From a virus (taxonomy: Duplodnaviria; Caudoviricetes), in the IMG/VR virus record IMGVR_UViG_3300043424_000638, positions 1 through 54,950 of that record: a stretch of 54,950 nucleotides of DNA; one strand, written 5' to 3'. The notes under the pieces were generated by a model, which searched no databases, was not told where the DNA came from, and saw only the letters and a list, made by a program, of their open reading frames with translations. The position numbers and the translations under genes were made by a program. Below are positions 36,396 to 46,712 of this stretch, one piece after another; the first letter of the stretch is position 1, and each line of letters opens with the position of its first letter.

Positions 36396-37226
36396 TTAAG
36401 GATAATATCCCCACTCCATAATAGAGTCTCCATTAGTAAAAATATTCTTAACCTTAGTACGTAATGCTACTACTTTAAACTTTCCCTGTAAAGCTCCTTC
36501 TCCATGATCTTGAGCATATTTTTTATTAGTAGTAACCCAATCTCCCGGTTGAATCACCTTACCTAAAAAAGAAGAATTTTCTTTTTCTGCTTCTTTCATC
36601 TTATCCTGATACACCGAAAGAGGAATAGCTCTATATATAAAAGTTACATATTCCGGCTTTCCTTTCCAACCTAAAACCTTTCTTAATTCTGTTAATCCTT
36701 CTTCTGTTTCATACCATTGAGGCATACTATAAACATCTTGGGGATAGACTCCATTTAAAGTTAAATCATATCCCGGAGCGCCAGACTCTCTATCCGGAGC
36801 TTGATGTTCTCCTCTATAATCTAAACTCTCTTCTATTCCTTTAATAAAATGCCTAGAAGGATCTACGGGATATTGAGAACAGAGGCTTTGATACTCTTCC
36901 GGTTTATATCTCTTTTTAACTATATATTGAACTTTACTCTGGATATATTCCTCATTATGGTCTTGAGTAAAGAATTGTTTAATAGTCGGATCTATCTTTC
37001 CTTGAGGAGTTTCAATCCAAGTGTGCATAAACTTTCCTTCGACTCCTTTAATCTTAATAAATCCTTCTATCACTTGAAAGTCTTTCTTTCCTTGATCTAA
37101 TAATTTCTTAGTTAAGAGTTCTGCGGCATACATACAGGAATCTACCGAATAGGGATTAAAGTTCTGAGGAAGGCTTACATCTAAGTCTTCTTTTAATATT
37201 TTTTCTATTAGTAAATCGAATTTCAT
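36396..37226 (-). CDS. MKFD-leader two-domain protein: transglutaminase-like (C-H-D) plus ADP-ribosyltransferase-like domain
   Basis: SCMYAA...HTWIE...IDPT; internal IEE linker; IYRAIP...GDWVT...YA..HG...EWGY. Confidence 0.65.
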   Translation of the reverse strand: MKFDLLIEKILKEDLDVSLPQNFNPYSVDSCMYAAELLTKKLLDQGKKDFQVIEGFIKIKGVEGKFMHTWIETPQGKIDPTIKQFFTQDHNEEYIQSKVQYIVKKRYKPEEYQSLCSQYPVDPSRHFIKGIEESLDYRGEHQAPDRESGAPGYDLTLNGVYPQDVYSMPQWYETEEGLTELRKVLGWKGKPEYVTFIYRAIPLSVYQDKMKEAEKENSSFLGKVIQPGDWVTTNKKYAQDHGEGALQGKFKVVALRTKVKNIFTNGDSIMEWGYYP

Positions 37227-37678
37227 TTTAATATTTCTAAATTATAGACAGCAAAGGCTTCATTAGATCTATCATAGAGAGCATCTATTCCTAAGGAAGT
37301 CATAATAAGAGGAAACTCATCTCTCCCTAGGAAGTCTTCTATTTTTCTCCCAGAATACCTCAAATTCTTATAGTCTTTCCAATCTTCCAGATCTCTTAAA
37401 TCTAAGACTCTTTGAATAGGATTTAAGGAAAATTCTAAAACGATTCCTCCTTCTTCGTCTCCGGAGAAATCCGCATAATTCTTTTGAGCTAGGTCTCTAT
37501 CCGGGGTAACATAAAAGGCTTTGCCAAAATAACCTCTTTCACATTTTTCTAAATTTAAACCTTTTTCTTTAATGTCTTGAGCGGATTCCAGATCGGTTCC
37601 ATGATAGGCCTTTAAGGGATAGGAGAATTTTATTTCTTCTTCTTTTAATATCTTTTCTATTAAGGAATCGAATTTCAT
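37223..37678 (-). CDS. MKFD-leader ADP-ribosyltransferase (H-Y-E clade)
   Basis: AYHGT...GYFGKAFYVT...A..NYA...NEAFAVYN. Confidence 0.8.
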   Translation of the reverse strand: MKFDSLIEKILKEEEIKFSYPLKAYHGTDLESAQDIKEKGLNLEKCERGYFGKAFYVTPDRDLAQKNYADFSGDEEGGIVLEFSLNPIQRVLDLRDLEDWKDYKNLRYSGRKIEDFLGRDEFPLIMTSLGIDALYDRSNEAFAVYNLEILK

Positions 37679-38013
37679 ATTAATTTTATCCAGACTCCCC
37701 GATCTGTTTCTGTTACTTCAAAGTTCTCATCTCCCTTAATCTTATCAAAGACTTTATACATATTGTCATTTAATATTCTACCATGACTGAAGAAAGCGGG
37801 TTTGTTTAATTGTTGAATGAGTTCTTTAATCTTTTGAGGTGCATACCCTTTTCCTTGATATTTCTTTTTAATTTGAATATGCATTTCCAAATACTCTTCT
37901 CCGTTTAATACCTTTTCTTTAAAAGATATCTCTCCTTCCGGGAAGGTAGCTCTCTTAAACTCAAAGCCGTCTTTGATGTTTAAAATTTCATTTACCAGAT
38001 CATCGAATTTCAT
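37675..38013 (-). CDS. MKFD-leader GNAT-like acetyltransferase
   Basis: IQIKKKYQGKGYA AcCoA motif A; start moved to MKFDDLVNEIL. Confidence 0.65.
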   Translation of the reverse strand: MKFDDLVNEILNIKDGFEFKRATFPEGEISFKEKVLNGEEYLEMHIQIKKKYQGKGYAPQKIKELIQQLNKPAFFSHGRILNDNMYKVFDKIKGDENFEVTETDRGVWIKLI

Positions 38014-38014
38014 A

Positions 38015-38341
38015 TTAATTTTTACTAAAGAAGTAGTGAATATCTTTCTCGGGATCATAAGCTACGTAGATATTAGGTTCTCCGGGATAGAAGTAATATT
38101 CCCAATTTTCTTTAAGATCTAAGTCAAAAGGTTTATTAATTAAAGACAAGAATTCTTCTCTATTAAGAAAGAGATTAGGATTTTCTTCCGCTTGTTCTCT
38201 GAAGGATTCTTCTTGTTCGGCGAAATCATTGACATCCCTAAAGGTTCTTAGAACACATTCTCCCGTATCTACGTCAAAGAGATTAGTACAATTTCCAACG
38301 TAAGGAGAGGATTCTAAGTAAAAGTTTTTAAAGGATTTCAT
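38015..38341 (-). CDS. Acidic protein with T4 capsid-targeting-like leader
   Basis: MKSFKNFYLE; TAATTA upstream. Confidence 0.7.
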   Translation of the reverse strand: MKSFKNFYLESSPYVGNCTNLFDVDTGECVLRTFRDVNDFAEQEESFREQAEENPNLFLNREEFLSLINKPFDLDLKENWEYYFYPGEPNIYVAYDPEKDIHYFFSKN

Positions 38342-38364
38342 TTTTTAATAATTATCTTTAATAT

Positions 38365-38871
38365 ATGTTATTTGATTCTTTAGTCTCTTCTATTTTAAAA
38401 GAAAGTCCTGATGTAGTCGCGGATGTTTATGATCGAACCGTTAACGATTATAGTCACTTTATTTTCTTTATAGGAGACGAAAACGGATCTTTTCTTAAGA
38501 AGAGTAATCCTTCTCCTTGGGGGACGGAAACTCATTCTTTTATAGTAGCTAATCTCAAAGAAGAAGGAATTATCATTCCTCAAAGTCCTTACTCTGTATT
38601 AGATTCCTCTCTTTGGACAGGAGAAGGTCGTGAACTTTTAGGTAATCCTAGAAGAATTTCTACCAAACATTCCGGAATCATCATGCCTCAACAATCCGAT
38701 ATGAATGGAACTTATATATCTTTTTGGTATTACAATGAGTATCCTAAGAATTGTCCGGCTTTAAAACAACTCTTTAATTACACCAAAAAGAACTTTCCTG
38801 GTCCTTACTTTATAGATAAAGCTGCTCCCCTTGCCGCGGAAGACGTTCGTTCTACGGTAGTTCCTCTTTAA
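38365..38871 (+). CDS. MxFD-leader protein
   Basis: MLFDSLVSSILKE-SPD. Confidence 0.7.
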   Translation: MLFDSLVSSILKESPDVVADVYDRTVNDYSHFIFFIGDENGSFLKKSNPSPWGTETHSFIVANLKEEGIIIPQSPYSVLDSSLWTGEGRELLGNPRRISTKHSGIIMPQQSDMNGTYISFWYYNEYPKNCPALKQLFNYTKKNFPGPYFIDKAAPLAAEDVRSTVVPL

Positions 38872-39335
38872 AGAATTTTAAAAGCGTAAGTGTAACCGTC
38901 TTCGGATTTTACTATTTGAAATCCTAATTTTTGATAAAAGGAAACCAAATCCTTAATAGAAGACTTAGTTTTTCCTGTAGAGATCTCTCCCACATTGAGA
39001 GCGACCAGAGATCCAGAAGGGTACTTACTAAAAATCTTTTTAAGAATCAAAGAACCTAATCCCTTTCCTCTTTGTTGAGGTAAAACTTTAATAGTATTAA
39101 CCCAAACATAATCAAAACGATCTTTTAATTTTAAAGTCTTTAAGAACTTTTGAATCAAGGGATACTCTTCAAAGAGGGAAAGAATATATTTCAGATTAGT
39201 TTTCTTTTCCTCATCCACCTCGAGAGTAGCTACCTCTTTACGCCCTATAAAGACCGCTTGTCGAGAAATATCCAAAGTAATAGAAGATTCTGTAAAGTTT
39301 TCTTCTATTTGTTGAATGAGGGAATCAAAACGCAT
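38868..39335 (-). CDS. MxFD-leader GNAT acetyltransferase
   Basis: VLPQQRGKGLGS and LVSFYQKLGF motifs; start moved to MRFDSLIQQIEE. Confidence 0.85.
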   Translation of the reverse strand: MRFDSLIQQIEENFTESSITLDISRQAVFIGRKEVATLEVDEEKKTNLKYILSLFEEYPLIQKFLKTLKLKDRFDYVWVNTIKVLPQQRGKGLGSLILKKIFSKYPSGSLVALNVGEISTGKTKSSIKDLVSFYQKLGFQIVKSEDGYTYAFKIL

Positions 39336-39600
39336 TAAAGCTTTTCCAGTCTTTGATCTTAGCCAGCCAAAGCTTTTTAACCGCAATACGAGCTGTAGTT
39401 CTAGAATTTTCTGGAACCTCTTTCATAATCATTTCAGTAATGTTTTCAATTGCTTCGTCTAAAGCCATTTCGCAAGTCATTCCAATATCTGAGTAAAATT
39501 CAAAGAAATTATCTACAGTAGGTCTTTCCATAGGCTCCATATTGTCTACGTATTCCTCTTCGGAAACAATTTGTTGATAGGTTTGATCAAATTTATTCAT
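39325..39600 (-). CDS. MNKFD-leader acidic protein
   Basis: MNKFDQTYQQIVSEE; TAAATA upstream. Confidence 0.7.
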   Translation of the reverse strand: MNKFDQTYQQIVSEEEYVDNMEPMERPTVDNFFEFYSDIGMTCEMALDEAIENITEMIMKEVPENSRTTARIAVKKLWLAKIKDWKSFNAF

Positions 39601-39884
39601 ATTTTTAAGAGATTTTATTATATTTATGTTTAATTATACTTCATGAATCTGGAAGACATCTTAACCTCTTTAATCGAAACTCTCACGACTTTAATTTTGC
39701 AAGAACCTAAAGATCTTTTAGAAGCTGCCAATAAAATTCTTTATCCTCTTAAAGAATCTGGAGAAATTTTTAACTATTATTTCTCTATGAGAGAGAAAGA
39801 TGGAGAAATCCTTTTAACCATTTTCTTACAAAAAGAAGAATCCTCTTCGGTAGAATCTTGGGAATTGGGTATTTCTAAAGGGAA

Positions 39885-40415
39885 TTAAGGTTTCCAGAAA
39901 TAAGGAATAGGCCTGTTAGTCCAAGTAGCTTTCTTGGTTGTCTTTCCAAAAGCAAATTCTCTTTTCGCTGTATTGTAATAATTTTGATAACCCTTTACAG
40001 GATCTCCAGGAACGATACATTCGGCAAAGGTCTTAAAACATTGAGGATATTCTGATTCTGGTTCGTCTTTAAGGTCTGGAGGATTTTGTTTAGCCCATTT
40101 CACAAAGTCCTCGGTAAAGTGTTTCTTAGGACCAAATCGATGTTCTTTCTCTTTAAGAAGTCCTTCCAGATGACTAATAGTCCATTTCCAATTACTCAAA
40201 TTCTCTCGAACCCACTTAGCCAAAGGATGATTATAATTACCATAGACTCGGGGAGTGCCTTTTTGAGTTCGCGGACAATCCGGTTCTTTAAGTCTTTCTA
40301 GAGGATAGCAATTAGCTACGAGTTGTGAACCTTCAATAATAATCTTATTGACGTGAAGGTCTTGATAGTATTCACAAGCTTTAACTGGATCATTGTCTAA
40401 ACGGAAGAGATTCAT
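39885..40415 (-). CDS. Pyrimidine-dimer DNA glycosylase (DenV/Endo V-like family)
   Basis: MNLF.LD.DP...D.HV.K.I.E..QL...NHP..KW...R...YY...W..R..P.F. Confidence 0.75.
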   Translation of the reverse strand: MNLFRLDNDPVKACEYYQDLHVNKIIIEGSQLVANCYPLERLKEPDCPRTQKGTPRVYGNYNHPLAKWVRENLSNWKWTISHLEGLLKEKEHRFGPKKHFTEDFVKWAKQNPPDLKDEPESEYPQCFKTFAECIVPGDPVKGYQNYYNTAKREFAFGKTTKKATWTNRPIPYFWKP

Positions 40416-40445
40416 ATCTTTTTTAAGATAGAGAGAATTTTAAAA

Positions 40446-42749
40446 TTATCTACTAATTTCTTCCCAATCTAGAGAAGCTAAAACTCCAGCAGTATTAGCA
40501 ATATCTACAGCACAAACTAAAGTTAATTCATAAGGAGTTTTAGTTAAACCATTTCGTTCTAATTGAAATTTAAACAAAGCTTCTTTAAGAACATTTAAAA
40601 TAGAAGAAGACTGGTTAGAGGAATTTAAAAATCCACTAGCTAAAACGCTTCCTCCTGTAAAACTAGTACCTGTAATATTATACTCTACAGAACTACTGTC
40701 TCCGGTACTTGTCCAAGTTCCTTCATTGGTTGTTCCATTGAACCTTAGCTGCCAATTATAATTGATACCATTACCCGCTCCAAGAAGAGATAAAGCTGTT
40801 GGAATTGCAATTGCATCTAATCTATCAGGAATTGTTTTTAACCGAATTGAAATAATTGGATAATAAGTGCCTGCTGCAGCAAATGTTCTTGGAGCTGTAA
40901 TGGGAATTGAAGCAGCTTGTTGTGCTCCTCTTAGTTCATAACCTCCTTCGGAAATTACTGTAGAACAAACTTGTTTTAAAGTATGAGAACCGTTCGTTGC
41001 TCCTTTGTTTGTAATTTCATATCTTAATGGTAAAGAAGCAGTTGTAATATAAGTCGATGGAATTAAATTCGCGTGGTGGAAAGAATGACAGACAATAAAC
41101 TGACCGTTGATTATAAATCCAATTCTAACTGTTCCGACTCCAAGCCATTCGATATCAGTCCAAAGAATTTGAGCTTTTGTAATATCTAATGTGAGACCAG
41201 ATGGACCTGTTCCGTCAAGCTTGTCCCCATTCCAAGCAGATAGCGGAACAATTGTTTCTGAAGAAGGAGAACCATTTACCAAACTTCTTTCGACAAAACT
41301 AATAGTATTATCATCTACTTGAAAATAGATTCCGTTATCTTGACCAAAATAACCAACCCTCTGACGAAGATTTATAGCAGAAGGAGCCGTTATAAAAGTG
41401 CTCATAACAAGCATTCCTTTTCCTGGCTGGTAGCTAAACACTTTGGTTGTTTCCCGAATAACAGAAGAACCGGATAAACTGCTAACTGTTAAATCAACGA
41501 GACCTTGATTTTGATTAAATGATGCAGTTCCGTCTACTGCAGTAAGAGTTGCCCACAAATTGTTATCTTTATAACGATGAGAAGAATCAAAAAGTGTTAA
41601 AGGATTGGACGTTCTTAATCGACCAAAAGCGTCAGTATTTGTCGATCCTGCAGCAAAAGTAATTGGAAGAGAATTAGTAACGTTAACATTTAAAGAAGAA
41701 GTAGATGAGACTACAGTTACTGGATGATTGTCTAGATCTTGTAATGAAACAGACCCAAAAACATTAGTAGAAGTAACAGGATTTAATATTAATGAGGAAA
41801 CCGTATTAGTGATTGAAAATTCTCCACATACATCAAAAGAAGTAATAGGATTTAAAATAGTTACCGCAGTAACTGGGTTTGTTACATTGACATCTAAAGA
41901 GGTTAATTGATTAACAATTAAAGAAGAAACCGTATTAACTATTGTGACCTCTCCGTCAACTTTTACAGCTGTTACTGGATTTAAAATACTAATCTCCGTA
42001 ACAGGATTATCAATAGTAACACTTGTTAAGAGGTTTACTACCGTTATCGCACTAATAGGATTTTCAATAGTAACTGCCGTTACTGGATTTAGAATACTAA
42101 TTTCCGTTACCGGATTATCTATAGTAACATTTGTTACGGGATTTAAAATAGTAACAGCACTGACGGGATTATCAATAGTGATGCTAGATAAAAGATTTAC
42201 TACCGCTACAGCAGTAATTGGGTTATTGACAGTGATCTCCGTTACAGGATTCAGAACAGTAACTGCGGTAATGGGGTTACTAATAGAAACACTACTAGAA
42301 GGATTTAATAAAGTGACACTTACCGAAGTGGTTGGGTTAAGAATGGTACTAGAAAGATTTGTTACCCAATTAGTTATATTAACATTTAAAGAAGAGGTGG
42401 AAGAGGTTACAGAAACATTATTACCATTTTTGTCTGCTAAAGATACAGCATCTGTAAGAGGATCTAAATCTTGAGTAAGAACTCTTAATGCATTCAATCC
42501 ATTCCCTGCATCTTCTACATCCGCTAATCTATTAGAATTACCATCTTTAATTTCAATGGAAGTAATGTTTAATTCTGCAGCACTTAAAGAAATGGTAAAG
42601 TCTTCGAAATTAGTAATATAATTAGCTCTCGCATAAAGAGGCCTTCCTGCTCCCTCGATAGGAATCCAAGAAAAGGTTTCTGCCATACCTACATTATAGG
42701 TAGCTGGAAGATTAGGGGTAGCAGTTAAGCGCGGAGATAAAATAGCCAT
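40446..42749 (-). CDS. Large virion fibre/appendage protein with ~11-aa repeats and C-terminal beta domain
   Basis: About 20 (NPVTxVTIL)-type repeats; DAFGRLRTSNPLTLFDS...YQPGK...WLGVG domain; TAAATA upstream. Confidence 0.75.
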   Translation of the reverse strand: MAILSPRLTATPNLPATYNVGMAETFSWIPIEGAGRPLYARANYITNFEDFTISLSAAELNITSIEIKDGNSNRLADVEDAGNGLNALRVLTQDLDPLTDAVSLADKNGNNVSVTSSTSSLNVNITNWVTNLSSTILNPTTSVSVTLLNPSSSVSISNPITAVTVLNPVTEITVNNPITAVAVVNLLSSITIDNPVSAVTILNPVTNVTIDNPVTEISILNPVTAVTIENPISAITVVNLLTSVTIDNPVTEISILNPVTAVKVDGEVTIVNTVSSLIVNQLTSLDVNVTNPVTAVTILNPITSFDVCGEFSITNTVSSLILNPVTSTNVFGSVSLQDLDNHPVTVVSSTSSLNVNVTNSLPITFAAGSTNTDAFGRLRTSNPLTLFDSSHRYKDNNLWATLTAVDGTASFNQNQGLVDLTVSSLSGSSVIRETTKVFSYQPGKGMLVMSTFITAPSAINLRQRVGYFGQDNGIYFQVDDNTISFVERSLVNGSPSSETIVPLSAWNGDKLDGTGPSGLTLDITKAQILWTDIEWLGVGTVRIGFIINGQFIVCHSFHHANLIPSTYITTASLPLRYEITNKGATNGSHTLKQVCSTVISEGGYELRGAQQAASIPITAPRTFAAAGTYYPIISIRLKTIPDRLDAIAIPTALSLLGAGNGINYNWQLRFNGTTNEGTWTSTGDSSSVEYNITGTSFTGGSVLASGFLNSSNQSSSILNVLKEALFKFQLERNGLTKTPYELTLVCAVDIANTAGVLASLDWEEISR

Positions 42750-42763
42750 TTAGACTATTTATT

Positions 42764-43324
42764 TTAAATAGCTTCAGAACAACTATATATGACCTGATTT
42801 AATTTTAAAGAAGGAATAGAGGTATTGTCTATAAAACTTTTATCGATAAAGGTAATTCTATTGGTAGGCTGAATGGTCAATCTTCCATTATCTAATTTAA
42901 TAAAAAAGAATTCTTTATCTTGTTCTGGGGCATTTGACCAACCATCTTCAATATGAGTTGCACTAAAAAGATATTCTCCATAATAGGTTTTATTATGAAT
43001 TTTAGCAGACATTCTCATGCCCTTTAATATGGGGTTATAAAGAGTAGTAAAAGAGTAAGAATAGCAATTCCAGAGTTGAGCTTCTTCTAAAGTCCAAGGA
43101 GACACTTTATCAGAAAAGGCTAAAGCATGAGGAGGTATTTGACGGTATAAAGCTCCTCCTTGAGAAAAAATAACAGAAAACCCCCAACATCTTCCTGGAA
43201 TACTCGTTAATCCGGCCACCATAACCTCTTGATATCCTTGATTGGTTTTATGGGTAAAGGAAGAGTCTACAAATGCATAAAAATGAAAAGGTATAGATCC
43301 TATCTTGTAAAAAGATGATGTCAC
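42764..43324 (-). CDS. Conserved phage hypothetical protein
   Basis: GALYRQIPPHAL, QLWNCYS, LDNG....QP.NRI motifs. Confidence 0.65.
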   Translation of the reverse strand: MTSSFYKIGSIPFHFYAFVDSSFTHKTNQGYQEVMVAGLTSIPGRCWGFSVIFSQGGALYRQIPPHALAFSDKVSPWTLEEAQLWNCYSYSFTTLYNPILKGMRMSAKIHNKTYYGEYLFSATHIEDGWSNAPEQDKEFFFIKLDNGRLTIQPTNRITFIDKSFIDNTSIPSLKLNQVIYSCSEAI

Positions 43325-44054
43325 TTTTCTATTAAATCAGAATAATCTACTTTATAAAAAGAAAGATATTCATCAAAGGGAATATATTTTTCTTCCTCTT
43401 CGGAATTATAGATGTAATCAAACATCCACTGTTCCCCTTTTAAATTAAGATGAAGTTCGTTCACAAGTGCTTCAAAAATTTCTTCTTGTTTTTGAGAAAG
43501 ATCTCTTAAAGCAGTTCGATGAACGTATATTTTATCATCTATTTCTTTTTTCATGCAATGTTTAATTCTTTGCGTTTGACGATTTCTGTCAAAGCCTTCT
43601 CCATAATACGAGAAATCTTTTTAAGCTCTTTTCGTTTATCCTTAGAAGGATCCGCTGAGAATTTACAATATTCTTTTTCTACTAGAATTTGTAAATCTCC
43701 GATAGTGTCTTTACAGTTTTTAAGGGTTTTGAGATATTTCTCTTGTAGGTTGTTTTCTTTCATTGGAGTTTTAATTGGTTTTTAATCTGTCTATATATTC
43801 TATAACATATAGCTTCATCAATTTCCACGGTTTGTGTGGAATTTTTTGAATAAAAGTTTAAAAGAAATTTTTGTTCTTCTACTTTTTTAAGATCTACTTG
43901 TTTAATTTTTTCTTTCATTAAGCACAAATGTTTCTTGAGAAGTTTAGTTAATATACAAAAACAGGTCCTACTTTTGTTTACAATTATATCGACTAAAATA
44001 TGAAAAGCAACCAAAAAAGTAGGACCTGAAGAGATAAATATTTATGACTAAAAT

Positions 44055-44846
44055 ATGAAAACTCCAGCATACTATAGTGCTATATATGAAAAAATTATGT
44101 ATAGAGCTAAAAATAGAGAAAGCATAACAGGATATATCGAAAATCATCACATCATACCACGCTGTATGGGTGGTACTGATGAAAAAGAAAATATTGTACC
44201 ATTGACACCCGAAGAACATTATGTTTGTCATCAATTATTGGTTAAAATTTATCCAGACCACGTAGGTCTCTGGAGAGCAGTTTACATGATGACATACGCT
44301 ACAAATTCAACTAAAGGTAGAAAAGGAAATAAACTATACGGTTGGTTAAAAAGAAAAAACAAATGGAAAGAACGAGTATTAAATAAATGCCAATATTGCG
44401 GTAAAGAAAATTTTATTTTAAAATGTTTCAAAAGAAAATTTTGTAGTAAGTCGTGTAAAAACTCCAGCCAACAAATTAAAATAAATAAAAAATGCAAACA
44501 TTGTGAAAATGACTTTTTTGTTACTTCTTATGAATCAAAAAAACGAAAATTTTGTTCTCCTGAATGTAGCAGTTTGTCACAAAAAAGAATTGCAAAAAAG
44601 AATTGCAAAAAATGTAAAAAAGAATTTAGTGGTGAACCTAATTTAATTTCAAAAAGAACATTTTGTTCTTTAAAATGTGTCAGTGAATCTCTAAAAGGAA
44701 TTAAACGAATGGTACCAGAACGCGTAAAGATAACCTCAAAACCCTGTAAATATTGCGGTAAACCCATATATGGTAAACCAGGTAAACTTAAACAAAAAAA
44801 ACACTGCAGCACCTCTTGTGGTGCTAAAAGTCGTTGGAAAGCTTAA
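44055..44846 (+). mobile_element. Mob-like HNH homing endonuclease with tandem Zn-finger repeats
   Basis: ENHHIIPRCMGG.D...N.V.LTPEEHYVCHQLL; four CxxC...(F/H)CSxxC repeats; opposite strand, own GATAAATA motif. Confidence 0.88.
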
Positions 44847-44850
44847 ATAA

Positions 44851-45108
44851 TCACACACAAATTGATTTGCTAAAGTTCTTAACTACACTTCTTAAACCGC
44901 TGTTAGGTAGAAAATAAGACTTATTATTATTGAAGTACTCTGCAGAGACTATTTGTATTTCCGCGCAATCTTTTGAACTCCACACCATTATACCCTTTCG
45001 AGGTGCAACAGGCTGTATTTTTTGAGCACAAGGAGCACAAAACACAGTATTTGGAAGAATTTCCAAACGTTCTTGTTCAATAGGTGAAGCACACATTTTA
45101 CAATACAT
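44851..45108 (-). CDS. DksA/TraR-type C4 zinc-finger protein
   Basis: CKMC..PI..ERLE.LP.T.FC.PC. Confidence 0.8.
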   Translation of the reverse strand: MYCKMCASPIEQERLEILPNTVFCAPCAQKIQPVAPRKGIMVWSSKDCAEIQIVSAEYFNNNKSYFLPNSGLRSVVKNFSKSICV

Positions 45109-46216
45109 ATAGATTTATTAGTTTTGAGACCATAAATCTATAGAGAATTGTAAAATAAAGCCCGCTTTTATTTGGGTCTATAGTGAAATTCTTTCACCAC
45201 TTCTTCTAAACGAACCCAAGCATCTTCTATTTGATGAAGCATGTCTTCGTCTAAGACCCATTCTACATCTTCTTCCACCTCTTGATGAAGTTCATCGATA
45301 GAATGCAGAATATTTTTAATATGAAAATCCATTTCACTCATAACGAAAAATCCATTTTAAAAATTTTCTTTTCTTAACTTCTTTTCGAAGTTTACGATGT
45401 TCAGTGAAATGATTAAAAACCACCTCGCCTATATTGCCAGGTGTGATTTCAACCCCATGTATCTTTTCTAGGTTGTTTTTAATAAACAACTGTAGATGGT
45501 AAGAAAAATCCATAACATATATACTTATGGATTTTTATGTAACTATCTTATACTCAACTACCTCTAAAGTATTTTACTGTTCGAGTATTACCATCGTCTT
45601 TTGTGATACGATAATTCTGTTCCCCAAGAGGATAATAGTGTCGATATTTGCTTATATAAGCCTCTACCTCACTAGTGGTTTCAAACGGAGATAACATCAC
45701 TTCTTGGTAATAATTGCTATCTGGAATTTGTCGTTCTACCTTATAGATTTTCATCTAGAAATTCTTTCTCTGCTTTTTTAATCTTTTGCCTGTCTTCTTT
45801 TGTTACGTTAAAAAATTCTTCTCCTAGTTCGGTAGAATAAGAAAAATATTGTTCTTTAATATAATTGCAAACCTCTGGATATTTCCAGGAGACATATTGA
45901 TATAGGTCTTTACTAAGGAGTATGGTCTTTGTCTTTTTTGTTGGCATAATTTTTAATTTTTTGAACTTTTTCTTTTTCTTTGGTGCTTAAAAAATTCCAA
46001 AGAGATTTGTCATACAACAATTCCAAAAGTTCATTTCTTTGTTGTTCAATTATATTATTCATATTTTAACGATAGGAAGCTAAACCTACTAGGATTAGAA
46101 GAATCAACATTATAACTCCTCCAAAAATAGTTCCACTTAAAAAAGAAATAACCATTAAAAGATTTCTTTTAGATAATTTTTTACGATCTACAAATACATT
46201 ATTCATAACCAATTTT

Positions 46217-46627
46217 TTAATAACCGTTTTCATATTGAAACCTTCTAGCGAAATGACCATTCCAAGGATTTTGCATTCGAGCATTTACTTCTCTCAATTC
46301 ATTTTGATAATCCAACAGAGCCGCGGAGACTCTATTACGACCATACATTCCTCCGAGAGTCTCATTCATTTGAGCGGCCTCAATCTGACGTTGGTTCAAT
46401 TCTTGTTGAATCAAATCCGGATTGCAAGGTCGATAATATGGTCGAGGGACATTATAAACTCGAGGGGGTCTCGAATATCCCCCAAAATTAAAATTAGCGG
46501 AAATGTTATTTGTAGGTACCTCTTCTATAGTTTCATAAACTTGAACTACTCGAGGTTGGCGATAATAAGAAGGGGAAGCACATCCAATCAAGGAGACCGA
46601 AGTGAGAAGAAGAATTATTTTTTTCAT
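46217..46627 (-). CDS. Lipoprotein
   Basis: Signal peptide with lipobox LIGC. Confidence 0.65.
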   Translation of the reverse strand: MKKIILLLTSVSLIGCASPSYYRQPRVVQVYETIEEVPTNNISANFNFGGYSRPPRVYNVPRPYYRPCNPDLIQQELNQRQIEAAQMNETLGGMYGRNRVSAALLDYQNELREVNARMQNPWNGHFARRFQYENGY

Positions 46628-46712
46628 GAGATAAGTTTGTAGGATTTTTTCTATTTCGTCAACCTTTTTTTGTGGGTTTTGTTTAAAAATAATATAAATT
46701 GTATTGTAGTAA

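Noticed and set aside
28000-40000. Apparent dinucleotide/restriction-site bias in the early region
   Set aside because: Spot counts by eye were not convincing; it needs a computed k-mer analysis
41700-42400. Periodic ~33-bp repeats resembling an array
   Set aside because: They are degenerate coding repeats (NPVTxVTIL) inside the 767-aa gene; the plus-strand ORFs 41728..41910 and 41944..42474 are their shadows
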